Of a stretch of DNA of 64,000 bases, positions 30,580 through 47,321 are shown in pieces. The stretch lies in the NCBI RefSeq assembly GCF_009914755.1, contig NC_060933.1; one strand, given 5' to 3'. The stretch comes from the human T2T-CHM13v2.0 reference genome, Homo sapiens. Both the position numbers and the translations under genes were made by a program. The notes beneath the pieces are model-generated. The model was not told where the DNA came from. It ran no database searches and saw only the letters and a program-made list of their open reading frames with translations. The stretch's first letter is position 1. Each line of letters begins with the position of its first letter.

Positions 30580-32107
30580 TCAGGAGCCTTTAATTTGCTT
30601 CTTATGCAAAGACAACAGCATTCTAGCAAAACTACCCAGTATTTGTAGAAAACACAGAGGGATAAGACATTATGGTAACCTCTAGAGGGATTTTATAGTG
30701 ATATAAAGATATGATGTAACAGTAAAAGTGATTTTGAAGCTTATCACAAGAATAGCAAATGCGGGGGCTTTGCAACACAGGTATGGAAATAAGTCAGTGG
30801 AGCCTGGGCTTCATTCAGAGAGGGACAGAGAGCGGGAAGGAGAGGGAGAGAAAGAAACCAAAGCACTGGCTGGCAAAATCAAACACTTCTGTAGCCAGAT
30901 GCCGCAGACTGCCCTCCAGATGGAGGTCCTGGTAACTGGGTAATAAATTCAGAGTTGGAGAATTTCTTAAGCAACTCATTCCCCTCCCCATCCCCAGACC
31001 CACTGGCAGCAGCCAAGTACCCACCCCACAATGTAAAGGACATAAATGGGCGCTGTGGCTTTTCACTTCCATTCTTCCTATCATTTCTAGTCCAAATTTA
31101 CCCGTCCCCAAAAGCCAAGCCCTGAGCCATCTTTCATAAAATGTCCATGACCAGCCATTTAGAAGAAAAGTTTCTATTCTCTAAGTCTCCCTGCAAACCA
31201 TACACCTCTCCCGGGGCAATCCTACCATTCTTCCTCAGGTTAACAGTTGCATGCATTTTACTCTTCCTCAACAATAGGTAAACCACATGGGGACAGCTGG
31301 TGCTGCACCCCTGGGGGAGGACGAGTGGTCCCATCATGGAAACCCAGACAGAAGCACCTCCTGCTACATAACAGAGGCTGACATCAGCTATGCAAGGCAG
31401 TCCATGGACTTCTGCTGAAGTATTAAAGACTTCAGTTTGGATTTGAAATTTTACATCAGCACATTACACACACCATCACTCAGCACTGTTTAAATGTAGA
31501 GAGACCACATGAAATCAAACATACTTGCACTATATACACACATCGAAAAGAGACAAAAATTATTAACTGCTTAGAAATTGACAAATGGTCTGAAACACTC
31601 AAATAAATACATACCCCAAAGAAAAATAAGCTTCACTAGCCCAATTTCCCTGTGGAAAAGAGTCCTAGCTCTTCCCAAGTCAGCTTCTAATTCAGAAATG
31701 GAGGCATTTTCACGTGTGGAAATTTCACTTCCTCTGCCAGTCAAATGTGGTTAATAAACTCAGCATGTCCAATCACGAGATCTTTAGAACTGACACTTTA
31801 AGTTTCAACAAAACTAGGTTGTTATTGCTAATCTGAGAAACTAAGACACCACTTATATTTCGAAATTTTAAAGTGTTATCTTCCTATACTACATAGTTTG
31901 GGCTCACTCCAGATACTGCAGCCTTCTAAAGTCAATAAGCAAAATGTGACAGGAAGTATGTGAACTAGTAGAATGGGTACAAGTGAAAACAGGGCTCAGT
32001 GTTTTCAGCAGAACCCAATAGGGTTTCTCCTAACCCGTAAAAAGAGCTAAGAATACCACCTTTCCTCCAAAATAAACAAAACATGGAAATAATAACAACA
32101 AAACTGC

Positions 32108-32151
32108 CACACACACACACACACACCCCATCATCATCATCATCATCATCA
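32108..32151. repeat. Compound (CA)n-(CAT)n microsatellite
   Basis: cacacacacacacacacac cc catcatcatcatcatcatcatca. Confidence 0.92.
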
Positions 32152-32239
32152 AAATGTTATTATTAGTTATCTGGAATTATAGGTAATTTAAATTTCTTTT
32201 ATTTCCATTTAAATGGCTCTACTGTGAACAAGTATCAAT

Positions 32240-32527
32240 TTTTTAATGGTGTGTGAGACATAATTCACACACTATAAAATTCACCATTTTAAAGTGTGCA
32301 ATTGAGTGGTTTTCAGTACATTCTCAAGGTTGTGCAACGATCACCACTATGAAATTCCAGAACATTTCATCATCTCCCCAAAAAACCTCATTCCCATTAG
32401 CAGTCATCCCCCCGCCAACTCTATCCTGTCTCCTTCAGCCCCTGGTAACCACGAATCTGCTGTCTCTATGGATTTACCTATTCTGGACATTTTCTATAAA
32501 TGAAATCATATAATATGCAGTATTCTA
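32240..32527 (-). mobile_element. L1MB-type 3' fragment with TSD aacaag(t/c)atcaatttt
   Basis: aaaattcaccattttaaagtgtgcaatt...ctatggatttacctattctggacattt; direct repeats at ~32227 and ~32528. Confidence 0.8.
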
Positions 32528-33734
32528 AACAAGCATCAATTTTATAATTATACTTTTCAAAATGCATGCCCTGTAGTAGCAAAAAGAAAAAAAAAGAAGA
32601 AAGCATGCTGTACCACGGGATTAGTAAACAAGGCCATTAATTTGGCTCACTCAGACCACTTCCCAGACTCGGGGGGTCTGTCTCCACAAGGAGAAGGGGA
32701 TGTGGAAAACATACATGAGGCCGCAGAGATGACTGAAGTATGAAAGGGAGGAACTACCCCAAAATGCCAGAGCTACTAGGATTGCTGCTCCCAAGGTGGG
32801 GCAATTTAGGAGCAGCCAGGCTGGCCTGGTAAGGAGACCTGCACATGCCCTCACTCCTGCTGCACACAAGCTGGGAGGAATGGCTGGTGACTCGCAGGAT
32901 CAGGGAACACTTTCAACTTGGCCAGTTTAGGGGCCACCACAACGGATGTTGCAATGGGTACACATACTGAGCACGTGCTTCTGCACCTAATGGGCTATCA
33001 TCGTTCCTGACCGAATGACTTTGTGACAACCTCACAACACCACAACTTGCCTTGGTGGTGACTGCCAACCCGATATGGCTGGTGAATGATCACGGTCGTG
33101 CGCCCTGCAACATCTCCTCGGTGCCTGTCCTGAGTCATTCTTTACATAAAGGCCTTTTCGGTTTTCACCTGGTGCAGGCACCCTTGCACCCCAGCTAGAT
33201 GATGAGCTCACCAGGCAAGGTCCCTGTCCTCGTTAGTTGCCTGGATTTAGCTGGAGGAGCAAGAGAAGAGGCCACGTGGCCTTCTGGACCATCAGAAAAG
33301 AGATTCTGAGAGGAGATTCATCTGTCCTGACTCTTCAGGACTTCAATATATTTTTCTCCTGAATATGAGGACACTACTCTAGCCAAACCCACACGTCCTC
33401 CGTTTGGGTAAAATGCTCTTAAGTGTGCCCTACATGACCATCAAGAATGTCATCCGTATGACAGGCACAGTGCCCTGACTTTTCTCCGCTGGACCTGGGT
33501 CATTTTCACTGTAAAAACATCACAGAGTGGCGAGGTGAAGCCAGAGGGAAACTCAACCCTTGGGTAGATGAGTAGGGGAGTAGTGATTTATAAGCTTCTT
33601 TTAGTTTTTTGATACTTTTTAAAGAGAGGAAAACATTTAATATGAAACAAAAATTTAAGTGTGGCTGGTATAATGAAATGACACATTCAATATCTAGTTT
33701 TATCCATGTCAAAAACACACATGACACTCTAGAA

Positions 33735-33985
33735 GCAAAGACTAAATATAATGTGGTATCCTGGTCAGGACCCTGGAACAGAAAAGGGATATTAGGTAAA
33801 AACTAAGGGAAAATGAATAGTGTGAACGTTAGTCAAGAATAATGCACCCGTATTATGGGGCAAATGTACCATGCCAAGGTAAGGTGTTAACAATAGGGGA
33901 AACTGGGTGTGGGGTGTGTGGGGGCTCTATGTACTGTCATCACAACTTTTCTATAAATCTAAAACTAAAGTAAAAAGCTTACTGA
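33735..33985 (+). mobile_element. L1MC/L1MD 3' UTR fragment
   Basis: aatgtggtatcctgg...ctggaacagaaaagg...aataggggaaactgggtg...tctaaaact. Confidence 0.75.
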
Positions 33986-34026
33986 AGAACAATTACACAT
34001 TTCCATCACCTTGTTCAATCCCTTAA

Positions 34027-34458
<432 letters not shown>

Positions 34459-34827
34459 TAACCCTATGAACAGAATCTGACACAGATTCACTGGATTTAA
34501 TATGTTATTCAATGATTTATACAGCATGCTGGCAAATATTTAGAAATTAAAACATTTTGGAAAATGTTGGATTTTTCAGCTGAGTCCTACAGGAATTGTC
34601 ATTGGCATGGAGACATCAGCTCTTAAGCAGGAATTTGTAGCATATTCTTGGAAGCACTTTATGAATGTCTTGTATATTCCAGGCTGAACCAATTGGTGTC
34701 TACAGAATGGCCAAAGTGAAAGGGTTCACTGTTGATAGGGATGATGCCCGGTTGCTGTTAAGAGAGTCACATCAGGCCTGCAATAGCTGGAGGTGCAGAT
34801 TCTGAAGAATTAGAAATTATATAACCA

Positions 34828-35121
34828 GGCCAGGCACAGTGGCTCACGCCTGTAATCCCATCACTTTGGGAGGCCAAGGCGGGTGGATCACGAGACCATC
34901 CTGGCTAACACAGTGAAACCCCGTCTCTACTAAAAATACAAAAAATTAGCCGGGCATGGTGGCAGGAGCCTGTAGTCCCAGCTACTCGGGAGGCTGAGGC
35001 AGGAGAATGGCGTGAAGCTGGGAGGCGGAGCTTGCAGTGAGCCGAGATCACGCCACACTACTCCAGCCTAGGCGACAGAGCAAGACTCCGTCTAAAAAAA
35101 AAATGAAAGAAAGAAAGAAAG
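34828..35121 (+). mobile_element. AluY-like with ~14-nt internal deletion and TSD agaaattatataacca
   Basis: ggatcacgag|accatcctggctaacac; perfect flanking repeat. Confidence 0.94.
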
Positions 35122-35198
35122 AAATTATATAACCATCAAACAAAACTCTTCTGAAAACCTTCTTTCAACACAGACCTCTGATGTGACATCTTGATTTA

Positions 35199-35594
<396 letters not shown>

Positions 35595-37201
35595 TCATTA
35601 ACAGCAGTCACACCATTAAGCAAGCATTTATTAATGAAGTTTCACCTATGCCCTTGGATTTGAGTCCATGGTGCTATTCTGGTTTTGATTTGCGTTTCTT
35701 TTAAACATGCTTTGTTATTCAGACTGTTCATCCATTCATCTCTTCACCTGTTGATCTGAATCGGTATGCTTACTGTGATGCAATTAGATGCAGTCTTCAG
35801 GATGTTCAGACAACTTCAAAGCAGCCTCTTTTTAATTAGTAAGGGTATTTTATTCACCAGAGCTTGGCATTCTTGGATTTGGTTGTCCTCATGTGAAGGT
35901 ATAATTTGCAGGATGTGTTTAAGAACAGAAGTCACGGCAGGGAAAAAGCACAGCCTGAGAAAGTGACGGTGCTGCAAACCAGACACCCCCTGAATGAATG
36001 GCAAGGACAGATTTCACAATGAGCTACGCTGCGAGCAAGCTCTGTGCACCCACTGTCCCACTTGCACGTGCAAATGTCACTCATGTGTTCCACAACAACT
36101 ACTCAGCTCGGCAACACGTCAGATCGAAAACACCCATGATGCTAGAAAGGCAACAGTTAAGGAAGAAAAGTTAAAAATTGGGAAGGAGCAGCGTATAAAG
36201 TCCCGAAAGGGTAAGGCCATTATTAGTCTGGGACCTGGGTCAGGAGAAGTATGTCAATAGCAAAGAGCCTTGAGACTGTTTCGGGGAATGCTCTTACTAA
36301 GACACTGCACCCTGTGTTTCAATTGCAGCTAGAAAACCAAACAGCATTCCAGGTGGGCTGCCAGTACCTAATTGGTAGTGGTCTTAACAGTCTGTAATTT
36401 TTTATTTTCATTATTTCTAACTTTGAGTTGAGTAAATACTAGCCTCTGTTCTTATATTCCTTCAAGGGCTGGCTTAACTCTACTTTGGAAATAGGGAGTT
36501 AAAACTCATCAACTTGAAAATGGAGTAACCGTTTCACCAATTTGAACTTTGCTGTGATTCCACTTCTAAAGCAAACGTATTAAACCTCCAAGTGAGTCAA
36601 TGTACCAGCCCAACTCCCTTCAATATTGCCTTCATAAAGCTCTTTCTACTTTCTGTCTCTGACAGCCCCCAGAGCCCCCAACAAAAGCCCACTGTCAGGG
36701 GCCAAAGGAATATTTAGGTGAAGGGGGAGAGAGGCCACTCAGGCAGCTGAATTGAGGCCTTTCACAGACCTTCTCTCTTCCCAGCATCCACAGCCCTGGC
36801 AGCGGTGAGCCTGGCCGGGCTGGGAGGCCAAATGCCGCACCTCCACCCCCACCAGATACAGTGAGAAGGTGAGGTCCCCTCCCTGTGACAGGGAGCTGAG
36901 GCTTGCTTTCTCTTAAGTGGCTGCTTGTTTCTGCACCAAAACCAGCAGAAAAGGAGCAAACAGAAATGCTAAGTAAAGGCTCCAGGTTTATTGTATCTTT
37001 TCATCTAGTTTCAAGGAAGTAGCTCTTGAATATTAGTTACTCCCATGCATACAAAAGGTTACTTTGTCACCTTGAATCTCTGGAAAGTTTTTAATTAAAG
37101 GGAGGGATGTAAAAAAGAAAAAAAAAACACCCTGATTAGAAAAGAAACTGCATTATCCTTTGGCAGCAAAAGCAGATGTCTTCCATTTGCTTAAGGCTTT
37201 T

Positions 37202-37410
37202 CAGGGGTGTCCAATCTTTTGGCTTCCCTGGGCCACACTGGAAGAAGAATAATTGTCTTGGGCCACACGTAAAATATACTAACACTAACGATAGCTGATA
37301 GCAAAAAAAAAAAAAAAAAAAAAACCCTCATAATGTTTTAAGAAAGAAGTTGTGTTGGGCTGCATTCAAAGCCGTCCTGGGCTGCATGTGCCACGGGTTA
37401 GACAAGCTTG
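37202..37410. mobile_element. MER30-like hAT MITE
   Basis: caggggtgtccaatcttttggcttccctgggccacac...internal A-run...gggttagacaagcttg. Confidence 0.85.
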
Positions 37411-37621
37411 CTTTAAGTTAAGGCCAGGTCTGGAGCAGGCTCCACCTCCATCAACCAGGAATCCAGGTCCCAGGCCATGTAGCCAGAGGCTAACCCAGAG
37501 GGGGTTCAAAAGCAGAAGATTCTCTGGTAGCCAGAATTTGCTTCAGAGTCTTGGAATCAAACAGGGGTAAATGTCTGCTATGATCACAGGAAGTAGCAGT
37601 GATTCTTTTTAAGGCAGCTTC

Positions 37622-38022
37622 TGTGTTGGTTTCCTAAGGCAGCCACAACAAAGCCGCACAGATGGGGCAGCCTAAACAATGGAAACGCCTTGTCTCAGTT
37701 CAGGAGGCTGGAAGGCCAGGATCAAGGTGTCAGTAGGGCAGGTTCCTTCTGCGGCTGGGAGAGAGGATCTGCTGCAGGTCACTCCTTGCTGGCAGACCAT
37801 GGCTTCTCCTTCCATCTCCTCATTGTCCCTCCATGCACACCGTCTTTCCGTCCAAATCTCTCTTCCTACAGGTCACCAGTCCCATAGGATGAGAGCCCTG
37901 ATGACCTCCTTTTACCTTAATTACCTGTGTAAAAACCCGATCTCCAAATAAGGGCACATTCTGAGACACAGAGGACTAGGACTCCTGTGTTTCTATTTTC
38001 AGGGACACAATTCAACCCATAA
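37622..38022 (-). mobile_element. MaLR solo LTR (MLT1B/C-like)
   Basis: ggaggctggaaggccaggatcaaggtgtcag...gggacacaattcaacccataa. Confidence 0.78.
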
Positions 38023-38699
38023 GGGAAAGCATTATTTGTCTTCAAAACTTAGTGCTGACTTGAGAATGACACACACAATGGCAAGGCTCAGCCTCACAGT
38101 GAGTGCCTCGCTGAGAAGGGATGGATAGGCTCTCTGGGCTAAGTACAGGTGTGCTGGGACTGCTCGCATGCCCAGGAACTGCCAACTTGTTAGTGACTCT
38201 AGTGCCCCAAACCCCTCCCTTCTGAGGCCAACTCTCACTTATATGGAAGCCACCTCCAACCCTCACAGCCATCTGCTGAGACCGGCAGTCCTCCCACTTC
38301 ACCCCTCCAGGGTTTCAGCTGCAGCTGCAGCCCCGCCCTAGGCCTAGTCTTGTGCCCAAATGAGCTTTTCAGCTCTTACCTCCTTGGCTGACATTTCTTT
38401 TTCTCATAATATTTACACCAATGCCACTCCACGGCTCTGCGAGCCTGGAGGGCACACCAGGGATGGAGGTGGAGTTGGCCTTCTGCAGCCTGACTGCTGT
38501 GGGTAACGACCCTATTCAGCATTCACACAGCCCCCATTCCACGCACATCGTGCTCACAACCTCCCCACTCCACTGCCCACGTCTGGATCTTTTCCTGCCT
38601 CCACCCGCTTGTAAGTCTGTCCTCCTCCCCAGTCCTCTGAATGGAAAAGCTTTCCCTCTCTTTCCATCCTGACTCCTTGAGGGCTTGCTTTAAATAACA

Positions 38700-40272
38700 C
38701 CAGAACACCTACAACTCCCAAACCACCTGTCCAGGCCAGACCGCTCCCCCGAAAGCCAACTCAGAAATCCCGCCACCTGCTCACACCTCCACTTGCATGT
38801 CCAGGAGACACCATGCTTGACCTGTCCACACCACAGCCCGGCCTCCCGTTACACACCTGTGCCCTGCGGAGCTGCCCAGCTGCAACAGTGCTGATTCCAC
38901 CCTGCTCCCAGCTAAGGCCACAAGGCTGGAGTTCGTCTTGACTCCTTTCCTCTCAAATCCCACACCCAATCCATCACGAAATGCTGTTTGCTCTATCTGC
39001 AGAATGTATCAGGACCTGCCCTGCTAACATGCTGTGGGCGACTGCAGCACCCCCCGGCCCCCACCTGCTCTCCATGCAGCAGCCACAGGAAGCCTCTCAA
39101 AGGGGCTTCAAATCCTGTCACCTACAAAACATGGGTGAAGTTCAGATGCATCAGGTGGGGTGCAGGAAGCCAGATACAAAGATGCGTGCTGTGCAGTTCC
39201 ACTCACACTAAGTTCAAAGGCAGGCAGACGTCATCCGTGGTGATGGCAGTCAGAACACAGTTGGCTTCAATGCCTGGGTGGGAGCAGGTTGCTGGGAGTT
39301 GCTGGTGTGGCTGCTGTTAGTGGGTGTATATACCACGTTAACATTCATCAAACTATACACTGGCAATTTATGTACTTTTGTAGACGTAAATTACATTTAC
39401 AAAGTTTACCGAATTTTTTAAAATCTTTCTCATACAACACTACATCCTTGAGCAAGGCCCTCCCTGGCCCTACTCAAAATGTCAAATACTTCCTTCCACA
39501 TGTACACACAAAGTCCTAACCTAACCACTCCCAACTTGCTTTTCTGTTTAACTTTTCCCTTAATGTCTTCCATGAGGTAACTGGCTGTTTATTTTTCTGT
39601 CTCGCCTTCATGGGGCCAGGAGATTCTATCTGTGTGCTCACTGCCAGCCCCAGCACCTGAAGAGCAGCATGCAAGTTGCTCATTAGGTGGATGAATGAAT
39701 GAATGAATGAATGCTCCTGTACTCAGTACTTTCCAGCATCTTCCCACTTGCTCAGAGGAAAAGCTAGCTCCCTTCACTAGCCCTACACACATGGACATGG
39801 GTACACACACGTATACACACACACACACAGAGTTTGCTCCTGGGGTGGCCTCCACTCCTCATCTCTCCCTCCCTTAGCTCCAATTCCAGCCGCTCCCCTG
39901 CAGTTTGCATTTATTCTTTCCTCTGCCTGGAAAATGCTTCCCCATATGTGCATGTGGTTCGACGCCTCACTTGTTTCAGGGTCCCTGTGCATATGGTTCA
40001 CCCCTCACGTTGTTTCAGGCCCCTGTTTCAATGTGAGTTCCTACACAAGGCCTCCCCTGGACAACCTGAAGCCTACTTAGCCCTACTCTCAGACTGCTGT
40101 CTTCCTTGCTGTATTTCTTTCCAGAGCACTGTGTGTGCACACATGCATCTGGTTCACCATCTGTCTTTGCATCAGAATGAAACTCCAGAGTCTAGGTGAT
40201 GGTGGTCTGTCCCACCCCTGGAATAGAGCCCAAGATGCACTAGGCACTCGAAAAATATCTGATGAGTAAACA
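38700..40272. mobile_element. L2 LINE fragments with an interspersed L1ME 3' fragment (~39120-39420)
   Basis: L2 3' (GAAT)n end at ~39690-39712; ccctctgcctggaaaatgcttccc-type and taggcactcgaaaaatatctgatgag motifs. Confidence 0.55.
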
Positions 40273-40769
40273 AATACTTTGGTGACCACCATCATGTTCA
40301 TTTTGCACGAGGAGTCTCTGAGTTTTGGCTCACTGTCTGAAGGCTGGGGCCAGGACTCATATCTGCTCCAGATGTGGGGTGGTGCCTGCTACACCAGAGG
40401 CCAATGACAGTGTCACAGTTCAGAGCCCCTGCGACACGGCTCTGTGGCCCTTGAGATCTGCTGCAGGGCATGGGCTCCTGTTCCTCCACAACACTGGAGA
40501 GCACTGACCTGCTCCACTGGCTTTGAACCTGAAATGCCCCGAAATTCTCCAGGAACTGTGGCAGGCCCAAGGTTCCACAATCTCTCTGACAACATCCCCT
40601 TTTACATGTGCATATATATCTTTACAACTCCAAAGAAACTCCCATAACTTTAAAACTCTACCATACACTACTCAACCATAGAAAGAGCCAACTGATACAA
40701 CATACACACGACAGAAGTGTCTCCAATACATTTCACTAAGTGAAAGAAGCCAGACTCAAAAGGCAATAT

Positions 40770-41098
<329 letters not shown>

Positions 41099-41904
41099 TG
41101 GGCAATATACTAGAGAATCCACTTCCAGAGTGGCAGAGTGATATCTAGGATGAACTTGCTCTCTGCTGACACCAACAAAAATATGAGGTGAAAATTGTCT
41201 GTTCAAGGGAACCTGCTGAACCTTGATAAGAAGGTGGGTCTGTGACCAGTTAACCTGGGCTACTCCCACTGCCCCTCCCTCCCCAGCTCAATGGTGAAGT
41301 AGCCAAGGCCACCAACCTCGCAAACAGTGAGAGACTCCACTTGTGGAGCTCTGTGAAAAGTACTGGCCCCATAACAGAGTCAACATTTTGTCTGGACTTG
41401 CAGCACTCTGGGAAATCTCTAGATTCGCCTCAGAACTCAGCTGGGGGCGGAGGGGTAGGGAAGGTGGCAGATGGCAGATACCCCTGGGGCATTATGAAAA
41501 CAACAGCAAACTGCTGGCAACCTCAGCTGCCTAGAGCTGACTATAACTGCAGTCAACATGAGCCTGACCCTGAATTTAAAATGAAATCCTAAAGAATTAG
41601 AGGAGCTACGGAACTTCAAAAGCTCTGACACACTCCCGGGGAAGGGAAGAGGTTGTATGCATGCTCAGAAAAGACCTGGGACAGGAGAGGACACCACAGT
41701 CACTCCTCTCTGGGTGACAATGAGACCCTGTGCAATCCGGAAATGAAAGCTGAAGCCGTCTTTACAAACTCCCTGAAGCTGGACAGCATGTCATCTCCGT
41801 CTCATACAGATCTTTGATGAAAGGTGTCAGAAACACAGGCAAGGCATGTATGGAAAGGAAATGTGAACAGTGACTGGCTAATTATATACAATTATACTGG
41901 CTCA

Positions 41905-42241
<337 letters not shown>

Positions 42242-42587
42242 TCTTTCTTTTTATTTATTTATTTAAAAATTAGCAGATAACTCAGTGGTCACACATTACA
42301 GGAAATACATAAACCAGAGAACTAGTCAAGGAAAGCTGCTAAACTAACAGTAACGAGGCAAACACCATCAACCATCAAATAAAAAACAAAAAGAAAAAAC
42401 ACAGCATCAACAACAAACTTTGAAGGGTATGGTGATTTGCTACCTGAATTGTCCAATTTTTAACAGAGAATCACAAGACATGCCAGGAAACAAGAAAGTA
42501 TGTCACATGCACAGAATGGGGGGGAGAAAGTGGCCAACAGAAAATGTCCCTAAGAGGCCAAGATTTGGGACTTAACAGACAAACACT

Positions 42588-42626
42588 TTATCAGCACCAC
42601 ATGCTAACCAACTGAGCTACCCAGCC
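42588..42626 (-). pseudogene. Tailless retrocopy of a 5' tRNA-Ile half (39 nt)
   Basis: Minus strand GGCTGGGTAGCTCAGTTGGTTAGCATGTGGTGCTGATAA; 33/39 match to the recalled 5' half of tRNA-Ile(AAT); flanked by acaaa(c/g)acttt direct repeats. Confidence 0.75.
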
Positions 42627-43291
42627 ATACAACAAAGACTTTAAATAAGATGTTATAAATATGTTCAAAAAAATAAAGAAAAGGATATGTGAAGAATTTT
42701 AAATTACAATAACTTTATCTTCCTGAATAGAGAATAGTAATAAGGTGATTAAAAGCATCAAACAGAAATTCTGGAGTTGAAAGTGCCATAAGTGAAATTC
42801 ACTAGACAGACTCAACAACAGATTTGAGCAGGCAGAAGAAAGAATCAGTGAACTGGAAGGCAGGTCAATAGAGATTATCTAGTCTGCAAAGAAAACAGAA
42901 TGAAGAAAAATGAACAGAGCCTAAGAGACCCATAGGGCACTATCAAGAATACCAACACATACATAATAGGAGTCCAGTAAGAGAAGAGAAAGAAGGAGAA
43001 AAAAATACTTGAAGAAAACATAACTGAAAACTCACCAAGTTTGATAAAAGTATTAATTTACACATTTGAGAAACTCAAAGAACTCCAAGTTGGATAAACT
43101 CTAAGATATCCACGACCAGGCACATCATAGACTGTTGAAAGACAGAATCTTGAAAGCAGCAGGAGAAGCGGTTTATCTCATAAAAGGGATCTTCAATAAT
43201 GTTAAAAGCTGGCTTCTCATCAGAACCCAGGGGGACAACACAATCATAGTGTTGGGGAAAAAAAAAAAAAGATTTTTCAATCAAGAATTCA

Positions 43292-43594
<303 letters not shown>

Positions 43595-43639
43595 ATCAAT
43601 ATCCAGCCAAACTCTTCTTCAGAAATGAAGGACAATTTA

Positions 43640-43980
43640 AAAAGGTTGATCATAGAAGTAGAGAGTAGAATAGTGGCCACTAAAGGGTGGGTAGGGGAAG
43701 GAGAAGAAAGGATTGGGGGAGGTCGGTCAATGGGTTCAAAGTTACAGTTACAAAGAGTGAGTTCTGGTGAGTAACAATGTAATGTATACTTCACGATAGC
43801 TAGAAGAGAAGTTTTTTAATGTTGTTACCACAATGAAATAATAAATGTTTAAAGTGATGGACATGGTACTTACCCCAATTTGATTATTATACAATGCATA
43901 CATGCACTGAAATATCAGACTGTGCCTCATAAAAATACAGAATTATTGCATCAATTTTACATAAAAATTAAATTTAAAAA
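43640..43980 (+). mobile_element. L1MA-type 3' end nested in the older L1
   Basis: atagaagtagagagtagaatagtgg...atagctagaagagaag...ccaatttgattattatacaatg. Confidence 0.75.
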
Positions 43981-44757
43981 ATGAGAAAATCTATCATTAG
44001 CAGACTACCCTATAAGAAATAGTCAAGAGTCCTTCAAGATGAAATAAAAGAACACTGGATAGGAATTTTATTCACATGAAGAGATAAATAAAAGAGTACT
44101 AGTAAAGGTAACTAAGTAGGTACTGTGAAAGACAGTATAAACATGTTTTTTTGTAATTCTTTTATTCATTTACTTGTTTTAAAAGACTACTGCATTAAGC
44201 CCCAATTGTAAGACCGTGCTGATGGACTAATAGCACATCAGATATAAAGTCTATGACACTAATAGTTCAAAAGAGAGGGAAGGGAAGCAAGATATTTTGC
44301 AGGAAAATTTTTGTATGCTACCAAAATTAAGTTAGTACTAATCCAAACTAGATTTTAAAAAATTTAAGATGAAGTCACTAAGAAAATAACCCCATCAAAT
44401 ATATATAAACAAATAATAAGGGAATTTTAAAAGTATATTAAGAACTATCTAATGCAAACAAGGGCAGAAATAGAGAAATAAAAAAGACACAATTATGACA
44501 TGCAGAAAACAAGTAGCAAAATGGTAGAAGTAAAGCGTACCATATTGGTAAGTAAGTTAAATGTAAGTGGGTAAAAAAGGCAAATCAAAACACCAAGACT
44601 GGCAGAATGGATTTAAAAAAAACACTACCCAAACATAGGCTGCCTACAAGCAACACACTTCGAATTCAAAAACACAAATAGGTTTAAAAGATGTATCATA
44701 AAACAACCACCATGAGAAATCTGGAGTGGCTACACTAGTATCAGACAAAATAATCTA

Positions 44758-46188
<1,431 letters not shown>

Positions 46189-46533
46189 TATAAGGCAAAA
46201 ATCATTACTAGAAACAAAGAAGGACATTTTATACTGCTAAGAGGGTCAACCCATCAATCTATTATAAATGTATATGAACTTAACAACAGAGACCCACAAT
46301 ATGTGAAGCAGAAACTTACAGAAATAAAAGGAGACATAGATAATTCAACAATAACTGGAGATGTCAACACTCCACTTTCGATAACAGAAGAACTAGACAA
46401 TATATCAGTAAGAAAATAGAAGACTTGAACAACATTATAAACCAACTAGATACAACACGAACAGAACACTCGACCCAAGTGCAGAATGTATGTTTTTCCT
46501 AAGTGCACATAAAACATTCTCCAAGATACTAGG

Positions 46534-46595
46534 CCTTTAATACATTTAATACATAACCTTTAATACATTTAATACATAACCTTTAATACATTTAA
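46534..46595. repeat. Perfect 23-bp tandem repeat, ~2.7 copies
   Basis: cctttaatacatttaatacataa x2 plus cctttaatacatttaa. Confidence 0.93.
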
Positions 46596-47021
46596 AAAGA
46601 TTAAAAATCAAAAAGTATGTTTAACCACAATGGAATGAAATTAGAAATCAGCAGAAGAAAATTTAGGAAATTCACAAATATACGAAAACTAAACAAAACA
46701 TTCTTAAATAACCAACAAGGCACAGAAGAAATCACACACAAAAATTAGAAAATACTTTGGGATGAACAGAAATGAAACACAACATAAAATTTAAGGGGCA
46801 CAGCTAAAGCAGAGAAAAATTTACAGCTCTAAATTTTCAGTCTACTTTTTAGAAGATTTTAAATCAACAGCCTAACTTTACACCTTAAGGAATTAGAGAA
46901 GGAAGAACAAACTAAACCTAAAGCTAGCAGAAGGAAGGAAATAACAAAGATTTGAAGGGAGATAAATAAAATAGAAATCAGCAAAACAACAGAGAAAAAT
47001 CGAGACCAAAAGTTGGTTCTA

Positions 47022-47321
<300 letters not shown>

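Noticed and set aside
33269-33282. 14-bp palindrome AGGCCACGTGGCCT containing a CACGTG E-box
   Set aside because: A few palindromes of this length are expected by chance in 64 kb; no supporting context.
42588-42626. Functional tRNA-Ile(GAT) gene
   Set aside because: Only the 5' half is present: no T-arm/B-box and no 3' acceptor strand.
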